Below, one piece after another: positions 40,099-51,106 of a DNA stretch of 64,000 nt. Below the pieces are notes generated by a model, which saw only the letters and a list, made by a program, of their open reading frames with translations, was not told where the DNA came from and did not search any database. The stretch lies in assembly GCA_041650995.1 (NCBI GenBank), contig JBAZJZ010000001.1, forward strand, positions 427,302 through 491,301, given 5' to 3'. The position numbers were made by a program, and so were the translations under genes. Within the stretch, counting starts at the first letter, position 1, and each line of letters starts with the position of its first letter. This stretch comes from Patescibacteria group bacterium. Lineage in GTDB: Bacteria > Patescibacteriota > Patescibacteriia > XYB2-FULL-38-15.

Positions 40099-40752
40099 CT
40101 ATCCCTTTGCCAACGCTAAACCCAAGACTTCTCTTGCCCCGACGTTTTTCAAAACCCTCGCGCATGCTTCCATGGTCGCACCGGTTGTAAAGACATCATC
40201 TATTAAAATGATTTTTTGATTTAAAATTTTTGATATATCAACCGCTAAAAAAGCTTCTCTCATATTTTCTTTTCTCCCAGCCCCATCCAAACTAACCTGC
40301 GACGCGGTCAGCCTAGAACGCGCTATAACATCTTTTTCCACGGAGCAACCAAAATATTCTGAAATTTTTAAAGCAAGCAATTCGGACTGGTTAAATCCTC
40401 TTTCCAGTAATCTTTTTTTGTGCAAAGGAATCGGTGTAATAAAATCAGGTTTCCCCACCTGCCCCTCAACTTTTTTCAATTCTCTAAATAAAAGTGCGCC
40501 AATCGGCAGAGCTAACTCTTCCACAAATCTATATTTCATCCCATGAATCAAATTTTTTATAACCCCGTTATTGTAAGAATAGAGAGTAATAATTTTATCT
40601 AAATTTTCACCACGAGTAAAATGTATGTCTGGCATTATTTTTTCAAAACAACTTTCACAGAGCCACTCTCCTTCTCTCCCGCAACCCAAACACTCGATCG
40701 GAAAAATAATATCAAAAATAAACTTTTTGACTCGAGCCAATCCAAAAATCAT
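40099..40752 (-). CDS. comF: ComF family phosphoribosyltransferase-like competence protein
   Basis: CxxC...CxxC, PIPLH..R..ERGFNQSELLA and LIDDVFTTGATM; ATG 40752 has a GGAGGGG site and is preferred over 40818. Confidence 0.88.
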   Translation of the reverse strand: MIFGLARVKKFIFDIIFPIECLGCGREGEWLCESCFEKIMPDIHFTRGENLDKIITLYSYNNGVIKNLIHGMKYRFVEELALPIGALLFRELKKVEGQVGKPDFITPIPLHKKRLLERGFNQSELLALKISEYFGCSVEKDVIARSRLTASQVSLDGAGRKENMREAFLAVDISKILNQKIILIDDVFTTGATMEACARVLKNVGAREVLGLALAKG

Positions 40753-40789
40753 TTCCCCTCCACGGATTGTTAAAATTATTAACCAACAA

Positions 40790-41413
40790 TTATTGCTGCA
40801 CCCATTTTGCTTCGTCAACCTTCCATTCGCCGTTCACTTTTTTAAAAATCAATTCCAAATCTTCATAATTTATAGTTGAGCTGTCCGCCATGCTTCCGGA
40901 CGATTCTCGACGCTGAGTCCCGACCGTAATTTCTGCCATGCCAGACCCTTCGTCAATTGATACTATATTTACGGAAATAGCTTTGGTGGTTATTCCAAAA
41001 TAAGCTGAGCTATCGCCGGATGATATTTTATTCTGTTGTATAAAATTATCTGTTTCGACCCACATCTTTTCTGTCATTAAAGATTCCAAATCCAGAAGAT
41101 TTTCAAAATTTCCCTGATTTGAGTAACTGCCGTATCTTTCTGCAAAAGCTGCGGCTAGACGCGAGATGGACGATCTTAATTTTTCTTCTGCGGAAGCCTC
41201 CGGGACGGTAGCGCTAACAGTCGTGCTATTGGGCAACGCAATCGGCGGTAAGGCCACAACATTGACATTCGTTTTTGTTGTCGGAGATTGCGGCGCGAAA
41301 TTTTCTCTTAAAAAAAGCCAATAAAATAAAGCTAAAATAACTAAAATGCCAACAATCACAATTAAAATTTTTTGTTTCCGAGACATAATATTTTTATAAT
41401 TAACAGTTATCAA
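40790..41413 (-). CDS. membrane-anchored protein, possibly NTF2-like/VirB8-like
   Basis: N-terminal TM, linker, FAERYGSYSNQ and terminal NGEWKVD; lies directly after the virB4-like gene. Confidence 0.5.
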   Translation of the reverse strand: MITVNYKNIMSRKQKILIVIVGILVILALFYWLFLRENFAPQSPTTKTNVNVVALPPIALPNSTTVSATVPEASAEEKLRSSISRLAAAFAERYGSYSNQGNFENLLDLESLMTEKMWVETDNFIQQNKISSGDSSAYFGITTKAISVNIVSIDEGSGMAEITVGTQRRESSGSMADSSTINYEDLELIFKKVNGEWKVDEAKWVQQ

Positions 41414-41426
41414 TTAAGAAACATCC

Positions 41427-43340
41427 TTATTTGCCTTCTGTGGCCATTTTTTCATCAAATTCTTTTTTTGCGGCTTCAATTTCCAGAAGTTGCCTTGGAT
41501 CGGAAGTAATCAATTGATCCTCGGAATATGAAGCAACTACTTTAATTGCCGCGTGTTTGGCGCCAGCAAAGAAAATCCCTTCTCCAACTCCACACTCCAG
41601 AAGCAGATATTTTTCTCCTTGAGTTAATAAAAAGGTTTTTTGTATCAAATCAATGGAAGCTGGAGATTGTTTCAGGAGTAATTGAAGGGACGAGTTTGTC
41701 ACAATCGCCTGACCGTACGGCGAAGTCAAAAAGTCGTTGACGTCTTGGGTAATAGTCGTAACTCCTAAATAATATTTGCGGCAACGCTTAACCAAGGCAA
41801 AAATAAATTTCGCGCTGTCTTCGTGCTGCATCAGCCACCAGGCCTCATCAACCACAAGAACTCTCTTCTTTCTTTCTGAACGGACGACATTCCAAATAAA
41901 ATTGACGACGTTGTAAATAGCGATCGGCCGCAATTCATCTTCTAAATCGCGCACGGAAAAAATTACTAAAGGATTTTTAACGTCGATCGTGGTGGGCGAA
42001 TTTAAGAGACCGGAAAAAGTTCCTTCGGTAAATTTTCTAAGCCGTTCAACCAAGCTTTCCGCGCCAGTCATACCTTCTAAAATATTTTGCAAATCTTTCA
42101 TTACCGGCGGATCAATTCCCATTTTTAAATCCGTATCGGCCGTAATATCTTTTTTCGCGTAAGTTTCAATTAAAGCCCGATCTAAAATAGAATCTTCTTC
42201 CGGAGAAAAAATAAGTCTGCCGCCTTCGCCCGGCCGCGCAAGCATTAACCGCAAAAGACCTTTTAGGGTAATCACCGCGCTTCTGATAATATCTTCCGCG
42301 CTCACCTCTTCTCCAACCGGCCGCGGCAAATCAAATGGATTAATTTTTGATTCCGAAGCCAGGGAAATATTGACATAAGCCCCGCCCACCGCGTCGGAAA
42401 GATGTTTATATTCCATTTCCGGATCAATGACAAGGACCTCCACGCCCATCATCAAGGAGCGCAGTACTTCTAGTTTGATGGCATAACTTTTACCCGCGCC
42501 GGAAGTGGCGAATACCACGGCATTGGCATTTTGCAAAGAAAATCTATCAAACAAAATTAGACTGTTATTGTGACGGTTTATTCCGTAAAGAATTCCATTA
42601 TCAGAAGTCAGCTCCGCCGACATAAAGGGGAAAGACGAAGCAATCGGCGACGAATTCATGTTAAAGGTAATCATTAATTCGTCATTGCCGAGTGGCAGAG
42701 TTGAATTAAATCCTTGTTCCGCCTGATAAAAAACTCGTTTGGTGTAAATTAATTTTGAACCGAAGATTGATTCAATTTCTTCGGAAACTTTGTCCAATTC
42801 TTCTTTGCTCCCGGCATAAATTGTGACGTAAAGAGCAAATTGGAAAAAATGTTCAATTCCCTGTGTTAAATCGTCGCGTAATTGTTCAATGTCCCGAAGC
42901 GCCGTTTCGCGTAATGGATCGCGCGGCGCGCCTTTTTCGGCGTCGGATAAAATTTGCGCTTCAAGCGCTCCGGCTTTCTTCTTTAATTGTTTCAAAATTA
43001 TTTCTGCCTTAACCGGGTAAAAAAACATTCCCACGTCAACGGTCGTATTTAAATTAATAATCGGCGTAAACCAACCAACGCTGATATAACGAGGATAAGT
43101 AATAACAAATATAGTCCTGACGAATTTATCGCCAAGTAAAATGTGCGACGACTCCACTTTCATTGATGCCGGAGCGATCAAATCCTGGACAGATACAACG
43201 CCCTTACGGTAAATTCTTTCTTCTTCCAGGACGATTTTTTCTTCTTCTAAGCGACGCTTCTGCTCTTCTGGAGAAACGGGCGGCGGCGCGGCAGTTTTTT
43301 TCCGCTGAATTGCTGCGGCTGGTTTAAAAGCCATGATCAA
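41427..43340 (-). CDS. VirB4-like conjugative-transfer ATPase
   Basis: FATSGAGKS Walker A, VIDPEMEY, INPFD, VVDEAW Walker B and RKY..G...ITQ. Confidence 0.9.
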   Translation of the reverse strand: MIMAFKPAAAIQRKKTAAPPPVSPEEQKRRLEEEKIVLEEERIYRKGVVSVQDLIAPASMKVESSHILLGDKFVRTIFVITYPRYISVGWFTPIINLNTTVDVGMFFYPVKAEIILKQLKKKAGALEAQILSDAEKGAPRDPLRETALRDIEQLRDDLTQGIEHFFQFALYVTIYAGSKEELDKVSEEIESIFGSKLIYTKRVFYQAEQGFNSTLPLGNDELMITFNMNSSPIASSFPFMSAELTSDNGILYGINRHNNSLILFDRFSLQNANAVVFATSGAGKSYAIKLEVLRSLMMGVEVLVIDPEMEYKHLSDAVGGAYVNISLASESKINPFDLPRPVGEEVSAEDIIRSAVITLKGLLRLMLARPGEGGRLIFSPEEDSILDRALIETYAKKDITADTDLKMGIDPPVMKDLQNILEGMTGAESLVERLRKFTEGTFSGLLNSPTTIDVKNPLVIFSVRDLEDELRPIAIYNVVNFIWNVVRSERKKRVLVVDEAWWLMQHEDSAKFIFALVKRCRKYYLGVTTITQDVNDFLTSPYGQAIVTNSSLQLLLKQSPASIDLIQKTFLLTQGEKYLLLECGVGEGIFFAGAKHAAIKVVASYSEDQLITSDPRQLLEIEAAKKEFDEKMATEGK

Positions 43341-43359
43341 TTAGATAGTTATTAATTTA

Positions 43360-44037
43360 TTATTCCACTTGGATTTTATCCACATCCGCTAATTTTTCCG
43401 TCTCGGCAAGCTCTGGATTATAAATATTATAATAAAGTTCAATCAAGCTCTGCGTGTCCAATATAACGGAAGTGAGGCCCATCCCTGAAAGCAACATCTG
43501 GACATGTTCAACGCGGGCAAAAAGATCTCTCCGACGACGTTTAAAGGTTTCCGAACCAAGGCGCAAAACCGCACCCGGTCGCAAAACCTCACTAAACCTT
43601 GACCAGAATCCTTTTCTTTTATCTGATAGCGGATCGTATGGAACGGTAACATAAAAACGTTTACTCATAATATCACCCATTTCCACTAACTCTCTAACAT
43701 ATTCACGATAATCGGCAATTTGAATTTTGAGTAATTCATTTGTCTGTTCTTTTTCCGCTTGCTTTAATTTTTCTAAATATCCGTCAATATTTAACTTTCT
43801 TGATTGAATAACAATCTGCAAGGGAAATTCCAGGGCGTTTAAAAAAGAAACATACGCCGCAATAATGGCGTTCTGTTCATCTTCCGACTTTAAGGCAAAA
43901 TTGATACTTGAAACTAAAAGCACGGCGCGCAGGGTTCCGTCTTTCAAAATAACGCTGTCTTCTCTGATTTCAGCGATGTCGAGACGCGCGCGGCTTGCTA
44001 CCCCCGCTTTCGCCCCGGCAAGTTTTTTCGACTGCAT
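43360..44037 (-). CDS. VirB4-associated (TraC/TrsD-like) protein
   Basis: LDIAEIRE..VILKDG...VSSINFALKSEDEQ..II..Y..FLN.L.FP.QI; lies between prgI and virB4. Confidence 0.7.
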   Translation of the reverse strand: MQSKKLAGAKAGVASRARLDIAEIREDSVILKDGTLRAVLLVSSINFALKSEDEQNAIIAAYVSFLNALEFPLQIVIQSRKLNIDGYLEKLKQAEKEQTNELLKIQIADYREYVRELVEMGDIMSKRFYVTVPYDPLSDKRKGFWSRFSEVLRPGAVLRLGSETFKRRRRDLFARVEHVQMLLSGMGLTSVILDTQSLIELYYNIYNPELAETEKLADVDKIQVE

Positions 44038-44045
44038 AAAATAAT

Positions 44046-44471
44046 TTATTCGCCTTTATATACTCCGCCCGTATTTACAATTAATGATAATTCCGCCAAT
44101 TTTGTAGCCACCATGCGTTCTTTAACCGGCCTCGGTGGGATTATTTTAACTTCTTCTTTTTTTAAAAATTGCCTCAGTTCGTCTGCAGTTGATTCTTTAT
44201 TCCAAACTCTTAATTTGGGTCGGCGCGTAGTTTGGATAAGATTTAGAAGAAAAAAATGAAATGGCTGGCCATTAACTTTAATGAAAGCCAATACTATGCC
44301 TAACCCAAAAACAGGAATACCGAAAGCTAAAAAATAAAAAAAAGTAAGAAGTTTATAGGCAATAAATAAAATAATCGTTACGGCTAAAAGAATGATAAAC
44401 TGACGGGAAGTAATTGGCCCGATTATTTTATCTTCCACGTCAATAAATTGAGGGATGACAAACTGCTGCAT
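44046..44471 (-). CDS. PrgI family protein
   Basis: QF.IPQFIDVEDKIIGP.T.RQF, two TMs and KVNGQPF. Confidence 0.85.
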   Translation of the reverse strand: MQQFVIPQFIDVEDKIIGPITSRQFIILLAVTIILFIAYKLLTFFYFLAFGIPVFGLGIVLAFIKVNGQPFHFFLLNLIQTTRRPKLRVWNKESTADELRQFLKKEEVKIIPPRPVKERMVATKLAELSLIVNTGGVYKGE

Positions 44472-44556
44472 ACATTACCTTGCCACATTGTTAACAATTT
44501 AATCATTTAGCAATTTAACAATGTGTTTACTATTAACTTTATTATATCATTTTTCT

Positions 44557-46167
44557 TTAATACCTCAAAGCGCGGTTTAGCTCCATTATCGCCTTATATT
44601 CTTCAACAGTAAGTATCAGTTGACCCGCTGCCTGACGACTGGAAATGATCTTATCCACAGGCAATCCTTTTTGCAGACTTTCACGGCCAATTTCAAGATA
44701 AATTTTATTAACTTCCGATTCTTGCCAGGCCTTAATGCCAGCTATTCTTTTAGCAAACGTTTCTCTTTCCAGAAGCTCTATTTTCTCCTTAACTTTCGCC
44801 GCGGCTAAAACAGGGTCGGGAGAAAGCCGTCTCCAATCAACTAAAGTCATCTCTCGAAGTTCTTCGACGGGGCCAACAAGTTTCGGCACGTATTTTACGT
44901 CATCAAGCCGCGGCCGATTATCTCTTGGAGGGATTGGCCTTCGCATCTGCTGTTGCGGAGAAACGGGTTTAAAAATCTGAAGCGGTTTTGGTTTTTCTTC
45001 TTCTGGCAAATCAAACGGTGTTTTTGATGGACGAGGAGATATACCCAACGATTCTTTTTGAGTAGAAGGCGGCGCGGGGAGGTTTTCCGCAATAGACGGC
45101 GGAGGAGCTTTGGATATTTTAGGAAGCTCTCCGACCGCTTTTACCTGCACGCCAATGGGCGGCGCGACTAACTCTTCTGGCACTTCCATGGACGGCGGCG
45201 ATGCCTTTCTTGTAATTTCCCGCCAGCGGACATCCATTTTATTTTTTATTTCATTAATTGTTTTTTCTTTAACCTCTCCTAATTTTATTTTCTCTTCATC
45301 TGTGGCTATTTTTATTTTCTGAAGCTCTGTTTCTTTTATCTTATCTCCCAATTGCTGAAATCTCTTGCGCGCCAAAACGAGAATTTTTTCCACTTCCCCT
45401 GACGTCAACGGAATTCCTGCCGGACCAGCCGCTCCACTCAAAGTTTCTTTAGTTTCAAAACCGTCGCGAATATCTTTAAAATGAGTCAATAAAATTCTTT
45501 CCAATTTTTGACGCGCTTCCTCGGATAACGACACTCCGCTCGCCGCAATAATTTCTTTAATAATTTTATTTGTTTCAGCTGGTTTGGTGCCAAGAGAAAT
45601 TTTTGGCAATCTATCTTTCGCCGCTAAAATTTCCGCCTCATCGGTTGGGGAAAAAACAAATTCCGCCACTCCGGGCGGCAAAGCCGACATTGGCTTCTTG
45701 GCTGGCTCCGGGACCCTTTCTTTGATCATGCCCCTTGCCGGCAATGGCTCTCTCCCGGCGGGAATGCGTTTTTTCTCCGCTTCGACCGACGTTGATTCTC
45801 GCGGTTTTACAGTTCCAATTAATTTAATAACCAAGTCTGCCTGCTCTGGTAAAATTCCGAGTCCTCCTTGATCAACTTGCTTCGCTAACGCGCTTTTAGT
45901 TTCAAATTTATCTCGAATGTCTCTCGAGTACGCTTCAACAATTTCCGTAAATCTTTCTTTTAAATCTTCTGCCAAAACAAGGCCACTCTTCCCTAAAACT
46001 TCCTCTGCCAATTTTGATACTGGCACCGCGGCTCGAGCTTTTGGCTTTTCCGCCAAATCATAAAGTTTGCCGCCTCGTAAAATTTTAAACTTGCCGGTTG
46101 GGTCTTTAATGATAATTTCATCTCCAAAATCGGCCATGCCAAAATATTTAATTTTTATTAACTCCAA
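44557..46167 (-). CDS. hypothetical Pro-rich protein with a duplicated helical domain
   Basis: Internal repeat SG..L.E....RF..I.....RDIRD.FETK..L occurs twice. Confidence 0.7.
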   Translation of the reverse strand: MELIKIKYFGMADFGDEIIIKDPTGKFKILRGGKLYDLAEKPKARAAVPVSKLAEEVLGKSGLVLAEDLKERFTEIVEAYSRDIRDKFETKSALAKQVDQGGLGILPEQADLVIKLIGTVKPRESTSVEAEKKRIPAGREPLPARGMIKERVPEPAKKPMSALPPGVAEFVFSPTDEAEILAAKDRLPKISLGTKPAETNKIIKEIIAASGVSLSEEARQKLERILLTHFKDIRDGFETKETLSGAAGPAGIPLTSGEVEKILVLARKRFQQLGDKIKETELQKIKIATDEEKIKLGEVKEKTINEIKNKMDVRWREITRKASPPSMEVPEELVAPPIGVQVKAVGELPKISKAPPPSIAENLPAPPSTQKESLGISPRPSKTPFDLPEEEKPKPLQIFKPVSPQQQMRRPIPPRDNRPRLDDVKYVPKLVGPVEELREMTLVDWRRLSPDPVLAAAKVKEKIELLERETFAKRIAGIKAWQESEVNKIYLEIGRESLQKGLPVDKIISSRQAAGQLILTVEEYKAIMELNRALRY

Positions 46168-47426
46168 TCAAATTCTTTTTTCTCCAAATCGAAGTAAACT
46201 ATTCCTTGATATTTTTCTCCCGCTCCTTTTTTAGCCAAAGCATTAAAAATTTGCATGCCGAGGCGGCCTGAATCGTCATTTGTCATTCCCGCGACATCCT
46301 TTAGGAGATATTGCAAAAGAACGCTCACGTATTGCGCCGCCCGCGGATTTGTTTTAAAACCACTCAACTCCGAGGACCGACCCATTTTTTTAAGATAGGA
46401 GGTCACCATCTCGCCAAACCTTTTATCATCCAATAATTTTTCCAACTTTCCTTCTTCAGCTAAAACTTTTAAAATCGCTGCGAGCTGGATTCGATTCGCC
46501 GCCCGCCCAGGACCGGGAATAGCGTGAAGTAGGGCGTCAACCATTTTTTTAAAATCTCCGCCCGTGGCTTTCTGAATTTTTTTCATTTCCGCTGCAATTT
46601 TTTTCTCTTCTGTTTCATTTCCCCTATATTTAGCTTGAACCTCATCTTTAATATCAGTCGTAGTTTCAATGCTCTGGAGCTCAACGACTTTATCTCTTAT
46701 TTCTTTTCCAATTCTCTCGGTTATCCCCTCTTCATAAGCGTCAAGCGCGCCGTCCACTTCAAAAATCATTACTTCCTCCATTCCCCCGAACTCGATGGAT
46801 GATTCTTTTGTTTTTTCGTAAAATTTTAAAAGATAATCAACCTTGCGCCGGTCTTCTTCACTCAATTTTTTTGTGTTCGCGCTATTGATTAAATATTGCG
46901 ATAATTGCACAATTTCCACTTTTCCCGAACCCAAAGTCTGGCGAGCGTCCGCTAACCAAGCTTTTATTGTTCCCTTAACTTCCGCGCCACCCAAAACAAC
47001 CCCGCTACCAGTCAAAGATTCTTCATTGGCGGAAAACGCCGCGCCAATTTTCTTTTTAAAATTATCTCTATCTTCAAATTTTGCTATAGCTATTAATTTC
47101 GTTTTTATTTTTCTCCAAAGATCATAATCAGGAATTTCAAAAATTAAAGTAAAATTTTCTTGCAAAAGATTAATTATTTCCTCCGCATCAAGCGTTGGAA
47201 GGGCGATAAACTTTGCTTTTATAAATACTTCTTGATAAGTCAATTCATCCTCCGGCTGCTCTATTGCGCTCGATGATAAATTTTTTTCCAAAAAATCAAC
47301 CAAAGCCCGCGCTTCACGAACCAAATCAAAAGTGATAGCCCGCTCCGCGCGCCATTTTATTGCTTCAAGAATTTTTGGACTATTGAAATCAATCATAAAA
47401 AAAATTATTTTTGCACTTCCTGCCAA
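46158..47426 (-). CDS. hypothetical protein
   Basis: Long ORF co-oriented within the cluster. Confidence 0.7.
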   Translation of the reverse strand: MAGSAKIIFFMIDFNSPKILEAIKWRAERAITFDLVREARALVDFLEKNLSSSAIEQPEDELTYQEVFIKAKFIALPTLDAEEIINLLQENFTLIFEIPDYDLWRKIKTKLIAIAKFEDRDNFKKKIGAAFSANEESLTGSGVVLGGAEVKGTIKAWLADARQTLGSGKVEIVQLSQYLINSANTKKLSEEDRRKVDYLLKFYEKTKESSIEFGGMEEVMIFEVDGALDAYEEGITERIGKEIRDKVVELQSIETTTDIKDEVQAKYRGNETEEKKIAAEMKKIQKATGGDFKKMVDALLHAIPGPGRAANRIQLAAILKVLAEEGKLEKLLDDKRFGEMVTSYLKKMGRSSELSGFKTNPRAAQYVSVLLQYLLKDVAGMTNDDSGRLGMQIFNALAKKGAGEKYQGIVYFDLEKKEFDWS

Positions 47427-48490
47427 ACTTCATCCGCTCCTTCCGGTTTATTTTTTATTTCATCAAGATATTTTTTGAGAGCCGCGACAAATGATTCAGA
47501 CAAACCCAAGCTCACTAATTCTTTCTCAGATTTTGCTAAAACCGCCGCGGCAGCAGGATTAAAATTATTTTGCGCTAATTGTTTTTCAAAAACTTTGGCG
47601 TGAAGCGTGAGAATTAATTTTCCCTCCAAGCCAAGCTTAAAATCGCCCGCGGCCAAATTTCCTTTTTCGCGCGGCGTAAAATATCCGTAAGCAGCCGGGC
47701 CAAAATGCCGCGCCGCGACTTCCGGTCTAATTTTTTGAACTACCCAAAGCACGGCGGCCAAATGATCTTTCTCTTCAAGCTCATGCCAAATTCTCGCTTT
47801 TCTCCCGACAGAAAAAGCTAATGCCCAATTATTTTGATTCGCGGCAAGCGAAGAAATTTCCTGCTCTAAAGCATAAACTTTTTGCTGAAATAATAAATTA
47901 TCATAAGCTTTTTCACCCGAAATCGGTCGGTCGCCAATAATCATTTCATTAAAAAATTGATGCATGCCCGAAACACTCGACGGATAACCGTAGAAATTTA
48001 AAATTCCTCCCATATCTCCTGTCACAGCGATTTTTTTCAATACCGCGCCGACTCCGGCCAAATCGTTTTTTGCCAAAAATGATTTTAAATTTTCCAAAAG
48101 TTCTTCTGTCTTTGTTCCAGAAATTGTTTTATCTGCTCTCGCTTCGTTTTCTCTTCTTGCTACATCTTCTTCAATTAAAATCGGGGCGATGGCCGCCATT
48201 GTTTCCTCCCATTCTTTTTCCGCTGTTTCTTTTTGTTTTTTAGCTTCGTCTTTCCGACGCGCCAGCTCCGCCTTTCTTTCCTCCTCATTCATTTTCAAAA
48301 TTTTCAGTTGCTCCTCGGCCAAAGCCGCTTCTTCTTCTGTTTTTTTCAGTTCTGCGGTAACTTCTGCTTCTGACATTTTTTCAAATATCTTTGCTTCTTC
48401 CAAAACTTTTGTAAAAAAATCTCTCTCCTTTCCCGGAGGTAGAGATTTAATTTGGTCTTCCATTTCTTTAATTGTGTTTATACCAGCCAT
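47405..48490 (-). CDS. hypothetical protein with N-terminal coiled coil
   Basis: Long ORF with a Glu/Lys/Ala-rich N-terminus. Confidence 0.7.
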   Translation of the reverse strand: MAGINTIKEMEDQIKSLPPGKERDFFTKVLEEAKIFEKMSEAEVTAELKKTEEEAALAEEQLKILKMNEEERKAELARRKDEAKKQKETAEKEWEETMAAIAPILIEEDVARRENEARADKTISGTKTEELLENLKSFLAKNDLAGVGAVLKKIAVTGDMGGILNFYGYPSSVSGMHQFFNEMIIGDRPISGEKAYDNLLFQQKVYALEQEISSLAANQNNWALAFSVGRKARIWHELEEKDHLAAVLWVVQKIRPEVAARHFGPAAYGYFTPREKGNLAAGDFKLGLEGKLILTLHAKVFEKQLAQNNFNPAAAAVLAKSEKELVSLGLSESFVAALKKYLDEIKNKPEGADEVWQEVQK

Positions 48491-48495
48491 ATTTT

Positions 48496-51039
48496 TTACG
48501 AAGTTTGGACCTTGGCGGCTTTAGCTGCCTTAATCCTCTCAAACTCAGCAATTGCCGCCTCTGGACCCTGCTTTTTCCAGACCTCTCCCAGTTTATCGTA
48601 GTTATTAAAATCCTTCTCCTTTATTAGCTCTGCCATTTTTTGAGATAAACTTTTTTCTAAAGTAGATTCGGCACTCTTGACTGCTTGTTCTAACTGCTGT
48701 TTATATGATTTTCCAAAAAATTCCTGCGCCCCCTTAACCTTTTCTGCACCAGCCGCTTGCTCAATAGACTTTAATTCTACATCAATGTTTTGAATAACCT
48801 GTTGATCTTGTTTAATATCAACATCAATCTCTTTTTGTCTTGTTTCTAAATCAAACTTTTTATCTCGTTCAGCCGGCGTTAAAAATCCACCAGGAGCAGA
48901 CGCTTTTTCTATTAATTTATTCAACTCAAGCTGGTTATTTTTCTTCTCATTAGACAATCGAGAAATGCTCTTTTCTGCGTCGTCCCTATCCGATCTTGCC
49001 GCGTCGCGCGCCGCATCCGGATTTTCCAACCTCAACTTAACTTTTTCCAAATTACTTGCGTCGATTTTCAACTTATCTTCCAATTTTCCTTTTTCCAAAA
49101 TCCACTGGCCTTCCAATTTTTGAGCGGCGCTAACTCCGCCCTTTTCCTTGAAAAATTTTTCTAAACCCTTCCTCTCCTTATCAACATCAATATCTGATAA
49201 ATTTTGATTATATAATTCTTGATATCTTTGCTGCCTCTCTTCTGGCGTCATCGGCGTCTTTTTTTCTTCCTCGGCAACTTGCATTTCTGCGCGCTCATTC
49301 GCTAAATCTTTCCTCAATGCAGCATCGCTCATACCCTGCCTTTCACGAGATTTGGCAATACCTTGAATTCCTCTCTCTAATCCAAACACATCTGCCTCTC
49401 CCCGCCTGACTTTAAGTTCCAATCCATCCCTTTCCGCAATCTGCCCGGCCGCCTGCCTCTCGCCAATCGCTGCTTCAGTTCTCTGTTTTAATCTTTCCGC
49501 CTGCAACGGATCAACCGACCGCATTTCCGAAGCCGCCGCGCCGGCCAAACTATCCGCCGCGCGCCGCACTTTTCCCTGCGCTTCTTTGCCGCCCAAAGTC
49601 GCTTTAGCCATTTCCCATCTGCTCATTTTGGAAGCGGCTCGCGGATCAATAACCGAAGCCAAAAACGCCCGGCCGCCGGCCATACGCTCGGCAGTTTTTG
49701 CCATACCTTCTGCTTCGCGCATCGCGGAAATATTTTTTCTTCTCTTTGCCCTTGCCTCTTTTCTCCGCTCGGAAAAAGGCAACGCCACGCCGGTTTTGGC
49801 ATATGTAAGTTCTGAAACCTGACCCGCGCCAAATTTTGCCGCGCCTTTTGTCCCACGCCAGGCCAAACCAACTCCGCCTTTTGCCCCTCTCCAGGCTGTT
49901 CTAAACGGGGCAGTCCCCGCTCTTCTTAATCCCGACAAAGCCGCGCCAGCCGCGCCAGAGCCAATAATCCCTAACTTTTGTGTAAACATTAAACCAACTA
50001 AAAGCATCGTCACTCCAACCACAAGCGATGATAAATTATTATATTTTCCAATGTCACCCAAACCATTGGCCGCGTCCAGCGCCGTGGAATCAACTCCTAT
50101 TTCTGTATTAGCCGTTCCCCCGCCGGCCACAATCAAGGCCAACCAAATAAAAAAAGCTAAAATCGGCCCAGAAATTACATATTTAGAAAATTCATCCCAC
50201 CATTGTTTGGCATATTGCTGGCCTTGCGGAAAAGAAGCCAAAAGATATGCCAAAGGCGAGAGCACTATTAGGGTCCAAAGAATAACAATTCTCGCCACAA
50301 GCACAACCATCAAAACTCCTACGGTTATAGTCGCGATTAGAACGACAATCAAGGCTAAAAAAGCTGTACCCACCAAATCCCACTGCTGGTCAGCCGCACC
50401 CGCCTCATTAGCAAGGGTCTCAAAACTAAACATCTGATTAATGCCGAGTGCCTGAAAAAAATTCGCCCCGGCCGCGGCCTGAAAAGCATTCACAAAAGTC
50501 AGCATGATGACTTGCGCGAAATCGATGATAATGCCGCAAATTGTTTTGCTGAAGTTAATTAAAACTGCCATCAACAAAAGTTTTGGCAGTAATTTTTTGT
50601 ATGAATATGCTTCAACCCGCAAAATTGTGGCAATGGAAATTACAAGTAAAATCAAAATGAAAAACATATTGGCCAGGTCGCGAACAATTACCCAGCCGGT
50701 GACGACCGCCGTGGCATCCAAAAAATTATTATACGCCGCCACTTGAACCAACATTCCCACTACCCAAGTAAAAAGTTTACCCAAAAGTTTAGCTAATCCG
50801 CCAAGCAGATTGATCATTATTATATCAAAACTGGCAATGGCGTTTTGAATGCCCTCTGAAACTTCTGAAATACCCCAAATTGCAAGTGCTCCCGCTCCAA
50901 CCCAGCCAAGCGCTCTGGCAGCCCCTGCTTCTGCCGGTTTAGAAAAACTGAAAAGGCCAAAAAGCAAGATCCCTGCGAATCCGACCAATACTAAAATTGT
51001 CACCAAGACTCTTCTTTTTGGGCTAAAAAATTCAAACAT
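48496..51039 (-). CDS. VirB6/TrbL-like polytopic membrane protein with a long coiled-coil tail
   Basis: GW.IVRDLANMFFILILL.I..ATIL, LINFS..I.G..ID, R...LW.L..LSPLA and W.EF patterns, then Gly/Ala-rich and coiled-coil regions. Confidence 0.75.
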   Translation of the reverse strand: MFEFFSPKRRVLVTILVLVGFAGILLFGLFSFSKPAEAGAARALGWVGAGALAIWGISEVSEGIQNAIASFDIIMINLLGGLAKLLGKLFTWVVGMLVQVAAYNNFLDATAVVTGWVIVRDLANMFFILILLVISIATILRVEAYSYKKLLPKLLLMAVLINFSKTICGIIIDFAQVIMLTFVNAFQAAAGANFFQALGINQMFSFETLANEAGAADQQWDLVGTAFLALIVVLIATITVGVLMVVLVARIVILWTLIVLSPLAYLLASFPQGQQYAKQWWDEFSKYVISGPILAFFIWLALIVAGGGTANTEIGVDSTALDAANGLGDIGKYNNLSSLVVGVTMLLVGLMFTQKLGIIGSGAAGAALSGLRRAGTAPFRTAWRGAKGGVGLAWRGTKGAAKFGAGQVSELTYAKTGVALPFSERRKEARAKRRKNISAMREAEGMAKTAERMAGGRAFLASVIDPRAASKMSRWEMAKATLGGKEAQGKVRRAADSLAGAAASEMRSVDPLQAERLKQRTEAAIGERQAAGQIAERDGLELKVRRGEADVFGLERGIQGIAKSRERQGMSDAALRKDLANERAEMQVAEEEKKTPMTPEERQQRYQELYNQNLSDIDVDKERKGLEKFFKEKGGVSAAQKLEGQWILEKGKLEDKLKIDASNLEKVKLRLENPDAARDAARSDRDDAEKSISRLSNEKKNNQLELNKLIEKASAPGGFLTPAERDKKFDLETRQKEIDVDIKQDQQVIQNIDVELKSIEQAAGAEKVKGAQEFFGKSYKQQLEQAVKSAESTLEKSLSQKMAELIKEKDFNNYDKLGEVWKKQGPEAAIAEFERIKAAKAAKVQTS

Positions 51040-51106
51040 AATTAGTCTGTTGTTCTTTTACTTCTTCTTTGTAATATTATACTACAAAAATTGATGCAAG
51101 CCAAAT

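Noticed and set aside
41427-51039. Conjugative ICE or prophage
   Set aside because: No integrase, relaxase, coupling protein or phage structural module is in the window, and composition matches the core genes.
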